Part shown: positions 1 through 8,946 of the stretch, one piece after another | How positions within the stretch are numbered: the first letter of the stretch is position 1 | How the letters are laid out: every line of letters begins with the position of its first letter | The notes under the pieces: model-generated | Seen by the model: the letters and a program-made list of their open reading frames with translations, nothing else | What the model was told of the DNA's origin: nothing | The model's database searches: none | Origin: a virus | Lineage: Duplodnaviria > Caudoviricetes | Direction: 5' to 3' (one strand) | Length of the DNA stretch: 64,000 nt | Virus record (IMG/VR): IMGVR_UViG_3300019093_001485 | Location: 916-64,915 of that record | Translations under genes and position numbers: made by a program

Positions 1-320
1 TGAAAAAAAATACTGACGTAACTGCAAAATTAACTAATTGGCGCATGTACCCTCCCTTTAAATTTAACGATTTGGTAAATACTAAGTCCAAATTATTTTT
101 TGGCAAGGTACAAGTGCCGGTTTTCGCATGTAACCAACAAATATTTAAAGCAACTGCCCTGCATGTGCAATTGCACCACCCCAACTCGCAGCACTAATCC
201 TGCTTAGCTAGATACCGGTAACGTCCTGAATGAATGGCGCTAGTGAGGTTTGGCCTAAGCGCAAAGCTCCATTCAGCAGAGTTACACGGCTGAACTTGAT
301 GATACTTTGATGTACATTTA

Positions 321-340
321 TACTGAATGCATATACAGTA
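321..340 (+). promoter_or_regulatory. LexA (SOS) box
   Basis: TACTGAATGCATATACAGTA matches CTG-N10-CAG, 8 nt before the umuD ATG at 349. Confidence 0.9.
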
Positions 341-348
341 TAAATATC

Positions 349-774
349 ATGACCGCACCTATCCCCATTTCCGACACCCCTGCCCTGATCACTTTGTTTG
401 GCACAAGCGTGCAAGCAGGTTTCCCCTCGCCTGCTGCTGACTATGCCCAAGGGAAAATCAATCTCAATGAACACCTATTGATCAATGAAAATGCCAGCTT
501 TCTGTTTAGGGTGAGCGGCGAGTCCATGCGGGACATTGGCATCTATGACGGCGACACCTTAATTGTCGATCGCTCAATTGCGCCGGCACACAATCAAATC
601 GTCCTGGCCATCGTCGACGAGGAATTCTGCGTTAAGCGTTTATATAAGCGCGGCCAGGTCATCAAGTTGCTGGCAGAGAACCCTGCCTTTCCTGAAATCG
701 CGTTTAAAGATGGGCAGGAACTGCGGATCTGGGGCGTCGTCACATTTAACTTGCATCGTCTTACCAATGTGTGA
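349..774 (+). CDS. umuD: DNA polymerase V subunit UmuD (S24 peptidase)
   Basis: VQAG/FPSPA cleavage site, GESM catalytic Ser, VKRL catalytic Lys; start moved to ATG 349 because the upstream part overlaps the SOS box. Confidence 0.95.
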   Translation: MTAPIPISDTPALITLFGTSVQAGFPSPAADYAQGKINLNEHLLINENASFLFRVSGESMRDIGIYDGDTLIVDRSIAPAHNQIVLAIVDEEFCVKRLYKRGQVIKLLAENPAFPEIAFKDGQELRIWGVVTFNLHRLTNV

Positions 775-777
775 GGC

Positions 778-2055
778 ATGCCAATGGAAGTACAACAACG
801 CAGCATTGCGCTAATCGACTGCAATAATTTCTATGTTTCCTGCGAAAGACTGTTTCGCCCAGATCTGTTGAACCGGCCTGTAGTCGTACTCAGTAATAAT
901 GATGGGTGTGCCGTGTCACGCAGCCAGGAGGCAAAAGCCCTGGGTATTAAGATGGGCGGGCCTATCTTTGAGGTGGCAGACCTGGTCAAGAAGCACAATA
1001 TCGCGGTTTTCAGCAGCAACTATGCCTTGTACGCAGATTTGAGCAACCGGGTGATGTCAATATTGTCCGAGTATTCCCCGGAGCATGAGATATACAGCAT
1101 TGACGAATCTTTTTTGGACTTGACTGGATTTCACGATATCCCTGATCGCTGCAAACAAATGCGCAACCAGGTGATGACGGATGCTGGGATACCCGTTTGC
1201 GTAGGCGTCGGGCCGTCAAAGACATTGGCCAAGTTAGCAAATTTTGTCGCCAAGCGACACCCGCGCTCTGCTGGTGTATTCAACTTCAATCTGCTGACAG
1301 CGAGCCAAGTGGAAAGCGTGATGGGGAATTTACCTGTTGAAGAGATTTGGGGGATTGGCCGTAAGTTGACTGCTTCGCTCAGCGAATACGGCATCAATAC
1401 AGTACTGCAGCTTCGAGATAGTGACGTGGCCAGCATGCGCAAAAAGTTTGGTGTTGTGATGGAAAAGACCATCAGGGAGCTGCGCGGTGAGGCATGCATC
1501 GAGCTGGACGAGGTGGCACCAGCCAAGAAGCAGATCATCAGTAGCCGAAGCTTTGGCAAGAACGTCACTGTGATTGAAGATATTCAGGACGCCCTCGCCC
1601 ACTTTGTCAGCAATGCTGCCCGCAAGTTGCGAGACCAGGGATCTATTGCGGGGATGTTGCAAGTATTTATCCAGACGAACCGGTTTAGGACTGAGCTGCC
1701 GCAATACAACCCGTGTCTTGCTATCCCTTTGGTGCAGCCGTCATCCAATACGATGACGCTGCAGCGTTACGCCCTTTCAGGGCTGGCAGTCATGTTCAAG
1801 CCTGGTTATCAGTACAAAAAGGCAGGGGTAATCCTGAGTGAGATCTGTCCGGCATCGATGTACCAGGGCGATATGTTTTCTGATACCAAGGAAAAGCCTG
1901 AGCTAATGGACGTGCTTGACCAGGTCAACAGGCGATATGGCAAAGGTACTTTGAAACTCAGCCAGGATGGCAGCAGGCATTCGTGGAAGATGAGGATGGA
2001 AGCCAAGTCACCGTGTTATACGACGGATTGGGATGAGTTTCCTGTTTGCTTTTGA
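778..2055 (+). CDS. umuC: Y-family DNA polymerase V subunit UmuC
   Basis: [30 protein letters not shown] motifs and C-terminal SPCYTTDW tail. Confidence 0.96.
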   Translation: MPMEVQQRSIALIDCNNFYVSCERLFRPDLLNRPVVVLSNNDGCAVSRSQEAKALGIKMGGPIFEVADLVKKHNIAVFSSNYALYADLSNRVMSILSEYSPEHEIYSIDESFLDLTGFHDIPDRCKQMRNQVMTDAGIPVCVGVGPSKTLAKLANFVAKRHPRSAGVFNFNLLTASQVESVMGNLPVEEIWGIGRKLTASLSEYGINTVLQLRDSDVASMRKKFGVVMEKTIRELRGEACIELDEVAPAKKQIISSRSFGKNVTVIEDIQDALAHFVSNAARKLRDQGSIAGMLQVFIQTNRFRTELPQYNPCLAIPLVQPSSNTMTLQRYALSGLAVMFKPGYQYKKAGVILSEICPASMYQGDMFSDTKEKPELMDVLDQVNRRYGKGTLKLSQDGSRHSWKMRMEAKSPCYTTDWDEFPVCF

Positions 2056-2099
2056 CCGAACAATGTTATTATTTAAAAAACAAAACCATTAAATGAATT

Positions 2100-2486
2100 A
2101 TGAAAATTCAAGCCCTATTATTCACTCTTGCCGGTTCCATTATTCTGACCGGTTGTGGCTCTAACGAACTCAACTTTGTTGGTTCCACAGACAAAGACCA
2201 AAAGTCGACAATCCACATTTCAGACGGAAAAGGAACATTGACCTGGGAGATTCCTGGTGAAAAAGAGCCTACCGTCATACAGATTGAATCAGTGGAAGCG
2301 CTCTATCCAGAATTGCTTGGAAAAATCCTATTCAAAAACGATTACAAAATTAGAATTACAGGGTACGGTTCTGTTCTGTCGCTAAGCCGGGTACCTGGCG
2401 GATATTTCTGTTTTGAGTGCGCATCCATCAGTAAGAATTTGATACAAGTTACTCCCCCTGTTTTGTGGAAGCGCACATCGAAATAA
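2100..2486 (+). CDS. Putative lipoprotein (moron)
   Basis: Signal peptide with lipobox ILTGC; CxxC near C-terminus; AT-rich. Confidence 0.7.
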   Translation: MKIQALLFTLAGSIILTGCGSNELNFVGSTDKDQKSTIHISDGKGTLTWEIPGEKEPTVIQIESVEALYPELLGKILFKNDYKIRITGYGSVLSLSRVPGGYFCFECASISKNLIQVTPPVLWKRTSK

Positions 2487-2498
2487 ATAAAGAAATCC

Positions 2499-2527
2499 TT
2501 GTCTGTTCGTATTTTACGAACTAAGAT
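2499..2527 (+). promoter_or_regulatory. Sigma70 promoter with inverted-repeat operator (putative Aca2 site)
   Basis: TTGTCT, 17 bp, TAAGAT; the spacer is the palindrome GTTCGTA-TTT-TACGAAC (2505-2521). Confidence 0.8.
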
Positions 2528-2577
2528 ATAGTCAATCCGGCAGCAATTGTGCAGACCGGTACTCTAGGAGATTCAAC

Positions 2578-2844
2578 ATGACTACCTTCACCAATTACAC
2601 CATCAACAACAACGGCATCGCTCAAATCGCCAATTTCTTGCGCGAAACACATAAAAATGGCGCTGTCATTGCTGAATCACCAGATATGCTGGGTGCCTGG
2701 GCTACTGACGCGGAGTTTCAATTGGGTGAAGGCAACCCTGCCATGATTGAAGTACGTAGCTTTGATGCAGTGAGCGGGCAGACCACGACATTTACGATCT
2801 CTGACGAAGGGATCGATGCAACTGAAGTGACTGACGAAGAATAA
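2578..2844 (+). CDS. Small acidic protein, candidate anti-CRISPR/anti-defence
   Basis: 88 aa, acidic C-terminus, strong AGGAG RBS, directly upstream of an aca2 homologue. Confidence 0.65.
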   Translation: MTTFTNYTINNNGIAQIANFLRETHKNGAVIAESPDMLGAWATDAEFQLGEGNPAMIEVRSFDAVSGQTTTFTISDEGIDATEVTDEE

Positions 2845-2849
2845 TACAC

Positions 2850-2869
2850 AGCCCCGCAAGGGGCTTTTT
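2850..2869 (+). terminator. Rho-independent terminator between candidate acr and aca2
   Basis: AGCCCC-GCAA-GGGGCT followed by T run. Confidence 0.8.
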
Positions 2870-2882
2870 CATAGGGGATGCC

Positions 2883-3347
2883 ATGAACGGCCCTACTCTT
2901 AAGGCTTTACGAAACCTATTGTTTTTTACAATGGACGAGGCCTCTCATTTAATAGGCAATGTGCAGCTACGCTCTTGGCAGTATTGGGAGGCTGGCCAGC
3001 GGCCAATACCTGCAGACGTGATCGAGAAAATCACCAGTCTGGCGAAGTGGCGCGGCCAGGCTGTGACGGCTGGTGCGCAGGCCATCGAAGGGATGCTGTC
3101 ACAGTTGCCGCCTGATGCTGAGTTTGATCCTATTGGCCTGGTGAGTTATGCGTCGGTGGAAGACTGGATGACGTTACCAGACCGTGAGCCGGTCTTGTGG
3201 AAGCCGCATTGCTCAGTCATTGCGGAAATGTGTGCCTGCCTGCCGGTGCAGGTGGTGATATTTGACGGCCCAGCCTATGCAAAGTGGCTGGCTGGGCGCG
3301 ATGACAATGAGACGATGCGCAGCCACTGGGCTGCGGAATCACATTAA
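2883..3347 (+). CDS. aca2: Aca2/YdiL (DUF1870) HTH regulator
   Basis: LKALRNLLFFTMDEASHLIGNVQLRSWQYWEAGQRPIPADV matches the Aca2 N-terminal HTH pattern (RSWQYWE.G...P.DV). Confidence 0.85.
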   Translation: MNGPTLKALRNLLFFTMDEASHLIGNVQLRSWQYWEAGQRPIPADVIEKITSLAKWRGQAVTAGAQAIEGMLSQLPPDAEFDPIGLVSYASVEDWMTLPDREPVLWKPHCSVIAEMCACLPVQVVIFDGPAYAKWLAGRDDNETMRSHWAAESH

Positions 3348-3571
3348 TTAATGTGGTTTACTACTTCGGCCAGGCCTGTACTATTTTGCAGTGCATGGCA
3401 GATTTGCTTTATTGTAGGGTTTTTACTTTTTTTATAAAACATGAAACAGCGGTGGAATTAGGAGCCAGTGCATTTTTCAATAACGAATATTGATAGCGCC
3501 TTGTTATATTATTGGCTACTATCAGTGGCAGAGTGCTAAGTTAAGCACTTTTAACAATAAGGGGGAAGAAA

Positions 3572-4012
3572 ATGGTGCCGGAACACAAGGTAAAAGAAGC
3601 GTCCGAAAAATTGGTCGCGGCTGTTGGAAAATATCGAGACGGCAAGACAGATGATGATTTTGCACAAAGTGTCGTGCTCGCTGTGGAAACAATTAACCTA
3701 CTAGCAGTCGCTGGCATCGATTCTGCTGAAGTTGCACTATCAAAACTCGCTCCTGCCATTGCTCGCCATATTGAACCACAAGAACATATCATGACACCTG
3801 AAGCCTTCATGGAGTTTTCTAGGCAAACATACGAGGATATCAAAAAACATAACAAGGAACATCCAGGCGAACCATATCAAGGCCACTGCAAAGATGACGC
3901 CTATCAACTTATTAATCATGCTATCGATGATTTTAATAACCCTAAACTTAAATTGTCAGGTGAATTTCCAAAGATATTTTTAGATATTATCAACTCTCCA
4001 TTTGATAAATAA
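3572..4012 (+). CDS. Hypothetical protein (moron, convergent with lysis cassette)
   Basis: 146-aa ORF with purine-rich RBS and AT-rich upstream region. Confidence 0.65.
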   Translation: MVPEHKVKEASEKLVAAVGKYRDGKTDDDFAQSVVLAVETINLLAVAGIDSAEVALSKLAPAIARHIEPQEHIMTPEAFMEFSRQTYEDIKKHNKEHPGEPYQGHCKDDAYQLINHAIDDFNNPKLKLSGEFPKIFLDIINSPFDK

Positions 4013-4026
4013 CAGCTAGTTAAACG

Positions 4027-4281
4027 CTACTTCGGCCAGACCTGCACTACCATCCTATGCTTGGAAGCGCATTCGCCGTAAGCGCGCAGGACTGCGTTTT
4101 GCATCCATAGCTGCCACTGGTCGTAATCTGCGGATTCTGGCGCTGTCAGGGTCTTGCAGGGTTCTGCCAGGCTACTGTCCAGAGGCGGCACTGTTTGCAG
4201 CGTCAACGGCTGCTTTGAGGTTGCGCACCCGTTCATCATCAGGCTTGCAATCAACAGGCAAAGGGCTTTTTGCTTGAGCAT
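4027..4281 (-). CDS. o-spanin (Rz1-like lipoprotein)
   Basis: Overlaps i-spanin in another frame; lipobox LMMNGC, Pro-rich, two further Cys. Confidence 0.8.
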   Translation of the reverse strand: MLKQKALCLLIASLMMNGCATSKQPLTLQTVPPLDSSLAEPCKTLTAPESADYDQWQLWMQNAVLRAYGECASKHRMVVQVWPK

Positions 4282-4534
4282 TTTTGAGGTCCATAGAGAT
4301 TTTGTCGAGTTTGCCATCGAGGTTGAGTTTGATGCCAGTGAGTTCGGTTGCGGCGGTCTGCATTTTTTCTGTGCCGGTGCGCAGGTCATCGAAGGCTTTC
4401 TCTGCTACGGCTGCGCGGTCGCTGACTTGTTCAGCCTTGATCGTCAGGATTTCTTCACTTTTGCGCCAGTCCTGCACCTGCCAGCCAGCACCGAAGGCAG
4501 CAACGGCAATTAGGAATATTAGCCACGGATTCAT
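4172..4534 (-). CDS. i-spanin (Rz-like)
   Basis: N-terminal TM (AAFGAGWQVQDW) then coiled coil; ATGA overlap with endolysin stop. Confidence 0.82.
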   Translation of the reverse strand: MNPWLIFLIAVAAFGAGWQVQDWRKSEEILTIKAEQVSDRAAVAEKAFDDLRTGTEKMQTAATELTGIKLNLDGKLDKISMDLKNAQAKSPLPVDCKPDDERVRNLKAAVDAANSAASGQ

Positions 4535-5004
4535 GACGCCCCCCTCAAACACATCGCCCGCTCCCCTGCCCTGCGCTTGACGAGGCCGGGGAGTTCTTTG
4601 CCGCCTGCCATGGTCCAGCGAGGCAACTCATTGCATGCACCGACCATATCGCCCGAATTTGCTTTTTTTGCCAGGGTGGACGAGCAGAATTTTTCGCCGC
4701 CGACGTTAAAGGCAAAGGACAGAAAGGCGGCTTTCTGGCCGTCTGTCATGGGCTTTTTAATGCAGGCCAGGTCGTTTGCGTGCTTGAGCAGATCTGTTTC
4801 AAGCATTTGCTGGCACTGGGCTGGGGTGAAGGTTTGGCCCATTTTTAGCTCTGGGCCTGTATGGCCATTGCAGGCGGTGATGATGCCGATGGGGTCTTTG
4901 TATGTTTTAAAGACCGAGCCTTCAGACATGATGACAAATGGCACGACCAGGGCGGCTGCGCCTGCCCCGATCTTGAGGGCTAGTTTGCTTTGTGTTTGGC
5001 TCAT
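4531..5004 (-). CDS. GH24 lysozyme, probable SAR endolysin
   Basis: E-8x-D-5x-T triad (SEGSVFKTYKDPIGIITACNGHT), FNVG, LPGLVKRR; Ala/Gly-rich N-terminal SAR segment. Confidence 0.93.
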   Translation of the reverse strand: MSQTQSKLALKIGAGAAALVVPFVIMSEGSVFKTYKDPIGIITACNGHTGPELKMGQTFTPAQCQQMLETDLLKHANDLACIKKPMTDGQKAAFLSFAFNVGGEKFCSSTLAKKANSGDMVGACNELPRWTMAGGKELPGLVKRRAGERAMCLRGAS

Positions 5005-5315
5005 TTTGGGGTGATTCCATTCTTGAGGGTTACCCAGGCTGTGACCACAGCGCTGGCGAAAACAGCGATGAAGCCCAGCGGACGGAAGAAGCGGCCAATA
5101 CCTTCCAGCACTTTCATGGCACCCTGCCAGCTCTGGACCACGTCCAGCACTTGACCAATGTTTTCTTTGGCGATGCGGGTATCTGCCGTGTTCTCTGACA
5201 GCTCGGATTGCATGGCCGTGGTTTGGTCTACCAACTGGGCGTTTTGCTTTTCGAGGCTTTCGATGCGCCCTGCGTGGGCTTGGAGTGTTGCGGCGATTTG
5301 TTCGGCGTCGGTCAT
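5001..5315 (-). CDS. Putative holin / membrane lysis protein
   Basis: Coiled coil plus C-terminal TM; coupled to endolysin start. Confidence 0.55.
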   Translation of the reverse strand: MTDAEQIAATLQAHAGRIESLEKQNAQLVDQTTAMQSELSENTADTRIAKENIGQVLDVVQSWQGAMKVLEGIGRFFRPLGFIAVFASAVVTAWVTLKNGITPK

Positions 5316-5324
5316 GCTGGTCCT

Positions 5325-5837
5325 TTATTTGATATTGGTTCTGATTTGCATCTTGAGCATCAGCATGGCTGCAAGCTCGCCTGGTGAAACGATGCGGGAA
5401 TGTTCGCCCCAGCCAGCCTCTTCATACACAGCAACGCACCAACCTGAGCAGACCAACATCTGGCGCCAACGGACAAAAACTTTAGCGCGCAACCAGTTAA
5501 GCAGTCCGATGGCGACGAAGGCGACATACGCGTAATCGATTTGCAGGCGTAGCCAGAAGAACAGGGCATCTGCGATATTGCTCAGGCCTGGCGGCGGGTG
5601 GTACACGTCAAAATCACAGCGATCAAGCTGCGAGAGCGGGATGAGGTGATTGCGTCCGCCGTTGAGTTCGCCCATGTATAGGCCACCCTCTATCCAGATG
5701 GCGATGCCGGTATGGTTGTAGGGGCTGCGGGTAAAGAACTGGGTCAGGCGGCCAATGATGCCGTGCGCTGAACGCACTGCTATCAGGTCACCGGTTGCGA
5801 TGTGCGAACGTGCTTCTTGATATTTCAGTGCGATCAT
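5325..5837 (-). CDS. Permuted papain-like NlpC/P60 (YiiX/YebB-like) protein
   Basis: GDLI...YNHTGI...Y...LVCSGW order (His before Cys). Confidence 0.75.
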   Translation of the reverse strand: MIALKYQEARSHIATGDLIAVRSAHGIIGRLTQFFTRSPYNHTGIAIWIEGGLYMGELNGGRNHLIPLSQLDRCDFDVYHPPPGLSNIADALFFWLRLQIDYAYVAFVAIGLLNWLRAKVFVRWRQMLVCSGWCVAVYEEAGWGEHSRIVSPGELAAMLMLKMQIRTNIK

Positions 5838-5845
5838 GGTTCACC

Positions 5846-6136
5846 TCAGAGAGTTGACGCAGTGATAAACAACTGGTCTATTTGGGCGTCTGTCAGGCCC
5901 AGCGATGGCGTGAGCGCCAGCACCAGGGGCTTGTGCCTTTCGACGGTGCTGGAAAATTCCCACTCGATACGGGCAGCATCTCCAGTGGGGCCGGATAAGT
6001 TGGCAATGGTTGAATTCACCATTGACAGCAAGCCTGCGGCATTAAGAGCAAGCCTGGCTTGTCGCATGGTGACAACCTGGGGAACGACCGGCGCTGCTGC
6101 GGGCTGGCCAATATCGACAACGATTAAAACTGACAT
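5846..6136 (-). CDS. Tail fibre-associated/chaperone protein
   Basis: VTMRQARLAL...IEWE...LGLTDAQIDQLF phage motif downstream of the fibre gene. Confidence 0.7.
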   Translation of the reverse strand: MSVLIVVDIGQPAAAPVVPQVVTMRQARLALNAAGLLSMVNSTIANLSGPTGDAARIEWEFSSTVERHKPLVLALTPSLGLTDAQIDQLFITASTL

Positions 6137-6137
6137 A

Positions 6138-8069
6138 TCAATTCATCCTCATGTATTTTGGTAGACCTTGATTTTGGGGATCTGCAAACAGGGCTATGTG
6201 ATAACCACGGCCATAAGCCAGGTTAAAGATATCGATGCCATTGGTGCTGCCACCCTGCACGCCGATGACGCGGCCACCATTGGCAACGCAGACAGATGTC
6301 GCGGCATGCGTAGCCACACCGGTGCGGGGAGTCCAGGTGATGCCATCAGGCGATGTGTAGCAGGTTTTGGTCGTGGCTTTTGTCAACAGGAACAGACCGG
6401 CTGCAAACGACAGTGTTTTAGCTTCTGAGAACGAGACGCCCAGGTTGCGCGTTTGCCATGTCACACAGTCAGTGGAAGTTGATACATTGCTCGTAGATCC
6501 GCCGCCGTTATCCCGCTGATTGACGACAAACAGCCCTGCGCCATAAGCACAGTTTCCGGCGTAGTTGTTGTACGCGATGGAGAGCGTGCGTGCCATCCAC
6601 GTCTAGCCGTGGTCCGCTGAGGATGCGGCAGCGTTGGATATAGCGCCCGCGTGTGTAGCCAGGATCAGGCCACCGCCAAAACACAATGACGACCAGTTAA
6701 ATGATGCGGGCAAGGTACTGGCATACCAGGTGATGCCGTCTGCAGAGTAAGCACCTGCAGTGCCGGTACCAGACACCGCCACAAAATTTGTGCCGTCGTT
6801 TATCACAGCCTGCCAGGTGTTTGCGCCAATCGTGCGCGCCGTCCATTCGACGCCATCGGTTGACGTGGCACAGACACTCGCACCAACAGCAACGAAGATG
6901 CCAGCGCCGTAGCATATAGCCTTATAGCCAGCATTCGGCATAGTAATCGGCGACCAGGTATAACCATTGTCATACGATATCTGGCCGGTTGCGCTGCCAC
7001 TGGCCACGGCAACTGTGATGCCGCCACCATTAGCCACACCTACCCAGTCGCCTGATGTGATGCTTTTCTTTGTGTCCGTAAATACATTTTGCAGAGGTGC
7101 AGACGTGTACGATCCTGCAGCAGCAAGCACACCAGTTTTGAGATAGTCAATACCGTTAATTGTCACCTGGTTAGCGGTCTGACTCATGGCGATCAGGCCA
7201 CCGATAGGCACGACTGCACCAGCTGCAGCAGTCAGTACAGCGATGCCGCGCTTATCTGTCACAGTTGTGATTGCACCACTGAGGGTGACTGCAGTACAAA
7301 TAGGGAATGACCCGGCAGTAAAGCCCGTTGTATTTGCTGACACGCCTGACGTATTAACCTCGACATAATTGGTCGTGTTGTTGGTCAGCGCAGTGGTAGT
7401 GGCATTGTGGTGCGTTGTCGCATTATCAGATCTGATATCACCTGCTTTAATACCAATATTCAAGCCGCTGCTTGTGGCCGGATCATAGGCAAAGTCTGTT
7501 GCTGATTGCAATGTCCCTACCGTGCCGGTCGCACCCGTTGCGCCGGTCACTCCTCGCGGTCCATTAACGCTCAGCACCCAGCTTGAGCAGGACCCGCTGC
7601 CACCAGCGTCAGTGGCGTTGGCTACCGTCATGGATAGTGTGGTGCCTGAATAGGTGCAGTATCCAAACACCCACCTGCTGGCATCACCACTGTCTGTGGC
7701 TTGTACCCAGGTGTTATTGAACTGCTTGCCAGCCTGAGTGGTAAAAGTCTTCGTGCCGGTGCCAATAGTTACCGCGCTGGTACTTGTCCCTTGGAGGCCT
7801 GTCGCAGCACTGGCAGCTGCGACGGCAGAAGCCAGAGCTGCGGTTGCAGAGTTGCCAGCATTCGTTTCGCTGATCCCCGCGGCCACTTTGCTATTATTGG
7901 CAGCGTCCTTATACCCCAACACAGTAACCACGGTCGTTACCAGGTCTGCGAACAGGTTGCCGAGTGCCGGAATGTACTCGTACCCGGTAAACTTATAACC
8001 ATATGGCAAAGCACTGGTCGGATCGTTGGTGTAAGAATTGCCATTGATCGTGAAATTGAAATAAGCCAT
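6138..8069 (-). pseudogene. Tail fibre / receptor-binding protein with Asp-box repeats, interrupted by an in-frame TAG at 6603-6605
   Basis: ORFs 6603..8069 and 6138..6596 share a frame; junction reads SADHG*TWMART, matching repeats SYDNGYTW, STDGVEW, SADGITW, SPDGITW. Confidence 0.8.
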
Positions 8070-8075
8070 AGCGCC

Positions 8076-8945
8076 TTAAAATGTTTGAGAAATTTCAATG
8101 TCCATTGAATTGAGGTCAATGTGCGTCTGTGATGGTGGAGTGATGTTTTCCAGGGTGCACATGAAGGATTGCTTCATGAGGATCGCCGCAGGTGCATCAG
8201 AGTCATAGATAAAGAACAGTGGCTTGCTGACACCGTACTGCCTCATCATTTCGTACAACTGGCCGTAAGTCTCAGCGTCACTCAAGTAATCAAGGCGCAT
8301 CCTGGTTGTAAGGTATTTTTTCTGCTTGTCTGAGAACTGAACGCCGCCTTTTGATCGCTGCTTAGTGCTTGGGTCTTTCAAATATGGAACGCCAACACCA
8401 AACGACACGTTATAGATGGGCGAGACCGCCGGAGAAACAACGATCTGGCCGATATCGACATATCCATCTGTATTGGTTGAAAAGTTGAGGGAAACTTCTA
8501 CATAGCGGCCGAGAACCTCGTTCGGTGCCAAATACATCCAGGCTGGCACCTGTCCGGCTATCTGTTCTTTGGTTGGATGACCATCTACCCAACACGGATG
8601 TCCCCAAAGCAAAGAACCGTACGGATAGATTTCCCCCCAAAACTCTTTCCAACCTGAATCAGCTACCACGTCAGTAAAACCCGAATCCGTGGCAAACCGG
8701 ATTCGCCCAAGGTCACCAAGCTGAGCATTGTTGAACGGAATGGCGAAGACACTGGCACCACGAATGGTGCCCAGGTCGATGACAAACTTTGTGTTTGTTG
8801 GGTTCACGCCTGGGTAACGCGCCATTTCAGAAAGCACATCCCCAAATAGATTGGAAAGGCTCAGCCAGCCTGATCCTGTGGCGACTGGTGTAATGATGGC
8901 AGTTGGAAGGGTATGGTTTGGAAAGCAAAATTTCGGATTCGCCAC
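8076..8945 (-). CDS. Minor tail protein
   Basis: Position between tail hub and fibre; 289 aa, beta-rich. Confidence 0.7.
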   Translation of the reverse strand: MANPKFCFPNHTLPTAIITPVATGSGWLSLSNLFGDVLSEMARYPGVNPTNTKFVIDLGTIRGASVFAIPFNNAQLGDLGRIRFATDSGFTDVVADSGWKEFWGEIYPYGSLLWGHPCWVDGHPTKEQIAGQVPAWMYLAPNEVLGRYVEVSLNFSTNTDGYVDIGQIVVSPAVSPIYNVSFGVGVPYLKDPSTKQRSKGGVQFSDKQKKYLTTRMRLDYLSDAETYGQLYEMMRQYGVSKPLFFIYDSDAPAAILMKQSFMCTLENITPPSQTHIDLNSMDIEISQTF

Positions 8946-8946
8946 A

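Noticed and set aside
1-300. attL/attR core
   Set aside because: No matching repeat found; the window ends at the integrase stop, so the partner site is probably outside it
6138-8069. Diversity-generating retroelement or invertible tail-fibre cassette
   Set aside because: No reverse transcriptase, TR/VR pair, invertase or inverted crossover sites seen
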